DNA of 19,386 nucleotides from a virus: UHGV virus genome UHGV-0074610; one strand, 5' to 3'. Shown piece by piece: positions 16,610 to 19,386 of this stretch (position 1 is its first letter; each line of letters starts with the position of its first letter). The notes under the pieces were generated by a model. It saw only the letters and a program-made list of their open reading frames with translations, ran no database searches and was not told where the DNA came from. The position numbers and the translations under genes were made by a program.

Positions 16610-16936
16610 TTAAATAATTGTCGGCTTACGGAGGTCGTAAATCAGCATTGAAACAGAAAATGGAAGTTCGCCCTGTTTCAGCTTCTCTTCCTCTTCGCCG
16701 CCACGATTACGGTCAAGATAGCCAAGCAGAACCAACAGGGCTGTCTGAACGCGAGTGAGCGGCTCACCATCGATAAGATTTCCAGTGTCATCAACGATCA
16801 GCGACCTGCTACCCTGGATGTAAGAAAGGATTGCTGCACTTCCACCCTGAATTTTTAATGTCAGGTCTGAATCACCGTAATCATCATCGATACGGAGATG
16901 CATTTTCGCCTCTTCGAGCGTCACCAGTTCAATCAT
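16610..16936 (-). CDS. head-tail connector protein (phage gp6-like)
   Basis: 108-aa product begins MIELVTLEEAKMHLRIDDDYGDSD, the characteristic N-terminus of gp6-like head-tail connector proteins; ATG overlaps the upstream stop (ATGA). Confidence 0.7.
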   Translation of the reverse strand: MIELVTLEEAKMHLRIDDDYGDSDLTLKIQGGSAAILSYIQGSRSLIVDDTGNLIDGEPLTRVQTALLVLLGYLDRNRGGEEEEKLKQGELPFSVSMLIYDLRKPTII

Positions 16937-17817
16937 GGCTTATCCCTCAGGTCGCGACCTTTCTTCACAGCAAGTGTCCACCCCTTAGAGCCTGTTTCAC
17001 CTGGTTTGTCAGTAGTAGGTTCGTTGCAGTGCCACATAGACCCGCCCCAGGTGACTGTGTCACCAGGCTGATACTCGGTACCGGTTTTAAACACATCACG
17101 ATAAATAGTTACCGGGACGTCAAAGGACTTAACCTCAACTGCTCCACTTGCCCTTTCGAGTGAGATTGAGAAGGTTCGCTGGTTATCCTGTTTGATATCG
17201 ACGTTCGACACGCCATCAACGATGCATTCCCAGCCTCGCATACCGTGCGTCTTTTCATGAGATCGCCAAAGACCGCCGTTATGTGTTGCGTAAGTTCCGC
17301 GAGGGTAACTTTTCTTCTCGTCAATGAATGGTTCAAGCTCGATTGATAAAGCGTCCTTACCATCGCTGCCGGACTCAGGAACTGGAATATTCGCGGCCAC
17401 ATCTTCAGCCAGTTTTTCAACATCTACCGGCTCTGGAAGTGATGCTAATACAACCTCTTCAACCAGGGGACGAAGGTCTTCTGCACTGACGCTTTTACCA
17501 TCCTTAGGCTTGGGAAGTGATTCTATAGCCTGCTTCACCGCACTTTCTGCCGCGTCGGCGATGCTCTGGCTAAAGTCGGGTAGTTCTGGTGCTTTCGGTA
17601 ATTCAATGGCACTCACCGCTTCTGAAACCATTTTGGACACATCAGGAATTTCTACTGGCTGGAATTCAGGAATTGACAGACGAATCTCATCCATTTGTTT
17701 CTGTAGTCCAGCCTCAATTTCAACAAGCGCTTTTTTAAAGTCATCAGCCAATTTATTAATGGCTGAACCAAACTCTTCACCCAGCGCCTTTATCAGGGAT
17801 AAATCACGTTCGTTCAT
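16933..17817 (-). CDS. 294-aa acidic repeat-containing protein in the scaffold/capsid position, function unresolved
   Basis: ORF is translationally coupled on both sides (ATGA overlaps with portal and connector). N-terminal about 160 aa are acidic, helical and carry imperfect proline/glutamate repeats (IPEFQPVEIPD, LPKAPELPDF, LPEPVDVEKL); C-terminal about 130 aa look beta-rich (YPRGTYATHNGGLWRSHEKTHGMRGWECIVDG...). Does not resemble an HK97-fold capsid or a prohead protease by eye. Confidence 0.65.
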   Translation of the reverse strand: MNERDLSLIKALGEEFGSAINKLADDFKKALVEIEAGLQKQMDEIRLSIPEFQPVEIPDVSKMVSEAVSAIELPKAPELPDFSQSIADAAESAVKQAIESLPKPKDGKSVSAEDLRPLVEEVVLASLPEPVDVEKLAEDVAANIPVPESGSDGKDALSIELEPFIDEKKSYPRGTYATHNGGLWRSHEKTHGMRGWECIVDGVSNVDIKQDNQRTFSISLERASGAVEVKSFDVPVTIYRDVFKTGTEYQPGDTVTWGGSMWHCNEPTTDKPGETGSKGWTLAVKKGRDLRDKP

Positions 17818-19166
17818 TTTGTTATTAATCCTCTGAGCATTGATTTCGCCGCGAAAAGTTCTGTCTCGGTTAATGCCTTTCCACTTTCTTCTACTGGATC
17901 TGGTGACTGTTCCGACTGCTGCTGTCCTTTCCCGAACGGGTCTTCAGATGCATCTCGTCGAGCTAATGCTGCAAGGCTATAATTCTGCTGCTGCAGGAAT
18001 AGCGAATCACCGCCCTCAACCGGAGGAAGGTTTTCGCTTTTTCGCGCTTCGTTTGGTGTAAGAATGGTGTTTTTAACTCCATCACCCAGCGCTTTCATTC
18101 TGCGTTCGCTGTCCATGCGTAGAAGCGCACCAATATCAAGCTCTACTCGCTTTTTAGAATCCAGTTCGAAAGCTTCTTTCAGAAGCGACTCGATAGACTC
18201 AATCAGTACCTGCAAGCACTGTGAATAATATTGTTGTTCAAGAGCTTCAACGTTATCAGAGCTTGGGATTTCGCCCACGCCAGCCTTATATGCCGGGACG
18301 TGAAAAGCAGAACAAACCATTTCTGCAGAGAGTTTCTGCTGTTCAACGGTCTGCGCATCGACTGCAGACATTGTGATCGCTTTGTATTCTGCACCACCTG
18401 ACAACAGTCCAGTCTTTCCTGCATTTTCACCTGTATAACCGGCATCCCAGGCTTCTTTTATTTCTTTAGCTTTTGCCGCATCAACTGAGCCTGGAATAGT
18501 AATGACACCGCTTGGTTTACCTCCATTCTTAAAGAAGAAAGCAGAGCTTTCCTGAATGTGTTTTCCCTGCATTGCTGCGAGCCCACAGGCATAGATGGGG
18601 GAAATACCAATCAGAGGGTGAAAGAGGCAGTTGAAGCGATCGTGAATGATTTCTCGCGCTGGTACGGTTACCTGTGTCGGTAACCCACTAATCTGGTCAG
18701 GACTAATTTGGTAAAAGACAGAACCATCATCAGCTACCAGAGGCGTGACTTTATCAGGATCTAGAATGCGAAGTTCTGTGATTTTCCCGGCGTTATTTTT
18801 TACCTTCATCACATAGGTGTTACCGCGAGAAAGCTTTGAGTTCATCCACGTTTCAAAAAACTGAATTGTGTTCTGAAACTGGTTTGGCTTGCTGATTATT
18901 GTCTCGAAATTGGCATCTGAGATTTCTTTCCAGATACCGTTAGAGTCTTTGGCCTGAATGGCTGGAGACATCTTTGAAATGTCACTGGCAATCAGGGTAA
19001 TACAGGAAAACACTGCGTAGTAAGAAAGTACGGTTTCATTCCTGATTTCCATGTTTCTTTGCCATGCACCTGCGAAAGGTTCTCTGACAAAGGAAAATAT
19101 CGGAGTCCAGCCGCGAGATGATGGTTGCTGTAGTGCTTTCTCTTTCCGTCTAAAAGGATTCCACAT
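17814..19166 (-). CDS. portal protein, HK97 family
   Basis: 450-aa ORF, size and motifs typical of HK97-family portals (SPIYACGLAAM, FFFKNGGKPSGVITIP, acidic Gln/Glu-rich C-terminal tail). First gene of the visible structural operon; ATG at 19164-19166. Confidence 0.8.
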   Translation of the reverse strand: MWNPFRRKEKALQQPSSRGWTPIFSFVREPFAGAWQRNMEIRNETVLSYYAVFSCITLIASDISKMSPAIQAKDSNGIWKEISDANFETIISKPNQFQNTIQFFETWMNSKLSRGNTYVMKVKNNAGKITELRILDPDKVTPLVADDGSVFYQISPDQISGLPTQVTVPAREIIHDRFNCLFHPLIGISPIYACGLAAMQGKHIQESSAFFFKNGGKPSGVITIPGSVDAAKAKEIKEAWDAGYTGENAGKTGLLSGGAEYKAITMSAVDAQTVEQQKLSAEMVCSAFHVPAYKAGVGEIPSSDNVEALEQQYYSQCLQVLIESIESLLKEAFELDSKKRVELDIGALLRMDSERRMKALGDGVKNTILTPNEARKSENLPPVEGGDSLFLQQQNYSLAALARRDASEDPFGKGQQQSEQSPDPVEESGKALTETELFAAKSMLRGLITK

Positions 19167-19272
19167 CAGCCATTCTCCGCGTTTTCTTTTTTACTTTTAC
19201 GCCCACCTGCTTTTTTGCCGGTTACGTATTCCGCCTTTTTCAGCAGAACCAGCACCTTTGCGCACTGGTCAT

Positions 19273-19386
19273 TCACAATTTTCTCATCACCTGGCAATGA
19301 GTCATGTGTACGCTGAAGGTATCTGATTTTTGCCATTTGAAATGGCGGGGTTTCCCCATAAGCGCTAACTTAAGGGTTGAACCATC
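19273..19386 (-). CDS. 3' end of an upstream gene running off the window edge (possibly terminase large subunit), partial
   Basis: Only one minus-strand frame is open from the window edge (…DGSTLKLALMGKPRHFKWQKSDTFSVHMTHCQVMRKL, stop TGA at 19273-19275). Identity unknown; terminase is suggested only by the usual terminase-portal gene order. Confidence 0.25.
   Translation of the reverse strand, partial: DGSTLKLALMGKPRHFKWQKSDTFSVHMTHCQVMRKL

Noticed and set aside
17324-17836. Plus-strand 170-aa Ser/Thr-rich ORF
   Set aside because: Antisense shadow of the 294-aa acidic gene (Glu/Asp/Ala codons read in reverse give Ser-rich frames); the minus-strand gene is translationally coupled to both neighbours.
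14587-19357. Exact 13-nt repeat GCGGGGTTTCCCC at 14587-14599 and 19345-19357, both just upstream of minus-strand start codons
   Set aside because: For a window of this size about three exact 13-mer repeat pairs are expected by chance (N squared over 2, divided by 4 to the 13th), so the pair alone is not significant; kept only as hairpin notes.
1-19386. CRISPR arrays, integrase, transposase or IS elements
   Set aside because: No regularly spaced direct repeats and no ORF with recognisable recombinase or transposase features in any frame; the prophage integration end, if nearby, is not demonstrable within the window.

Overview
This window reads as one end of a temperate siphovirus-type prophage from an enterobacterial host, in three parts. 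All family assignments rest on motifs and gene order recognised by eye; no database search or HMM was run. (1) 1-700: a minus-strand two-gene module behind a near-consensus LexA (SOS) box: a 49-aa protein with a strong RBS, then a divergent UmuD'-like S24-fold protein that starts at the canonical autocleavage motif and appears to lack the catalytic serine. (2) 726-5033, plus strand, AT-rich (about 30-35% GC by eye): an O-antigen glucosylation cluster, gtrA (120 aa), gtrB (306 aa) and a 475-aa polytopic gtrC-type protein, followed by a fourth gene for a 522-aa polytopic membrane protein that the canonical three-gene cluster does not explain. (3) 5077-19386, minus strand, about 50% GC, tightly packed with overlapping stop/start codons: the late structural operon. 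In transcription order it runs HK97-family portal, a 294-aa acidic repeat protein, gp6-like head-tail connector, neck and tail-completion proteins, major tail protein, tail chaperone with a lambda-type G GGA AAG -1 frameshift site, 841-aa tape measure, minor tail proteins, an NlpC/P60 protein, a 905-aa gpI/gpJ-like tip protein, and an AT-rich 736-aa tail fiber with a C-terminal S74-type autochaperone domain. The most notable points are the absence of any protease or major capsid gene between portal and connector, the extra membrane protein in the gtr cassette, the SOS-controlled UmuD'-mimic module, and the low-GC tail-fiber-plus-gtr unit. No tRNA, CRISPR array, integrase or transposase was seen.
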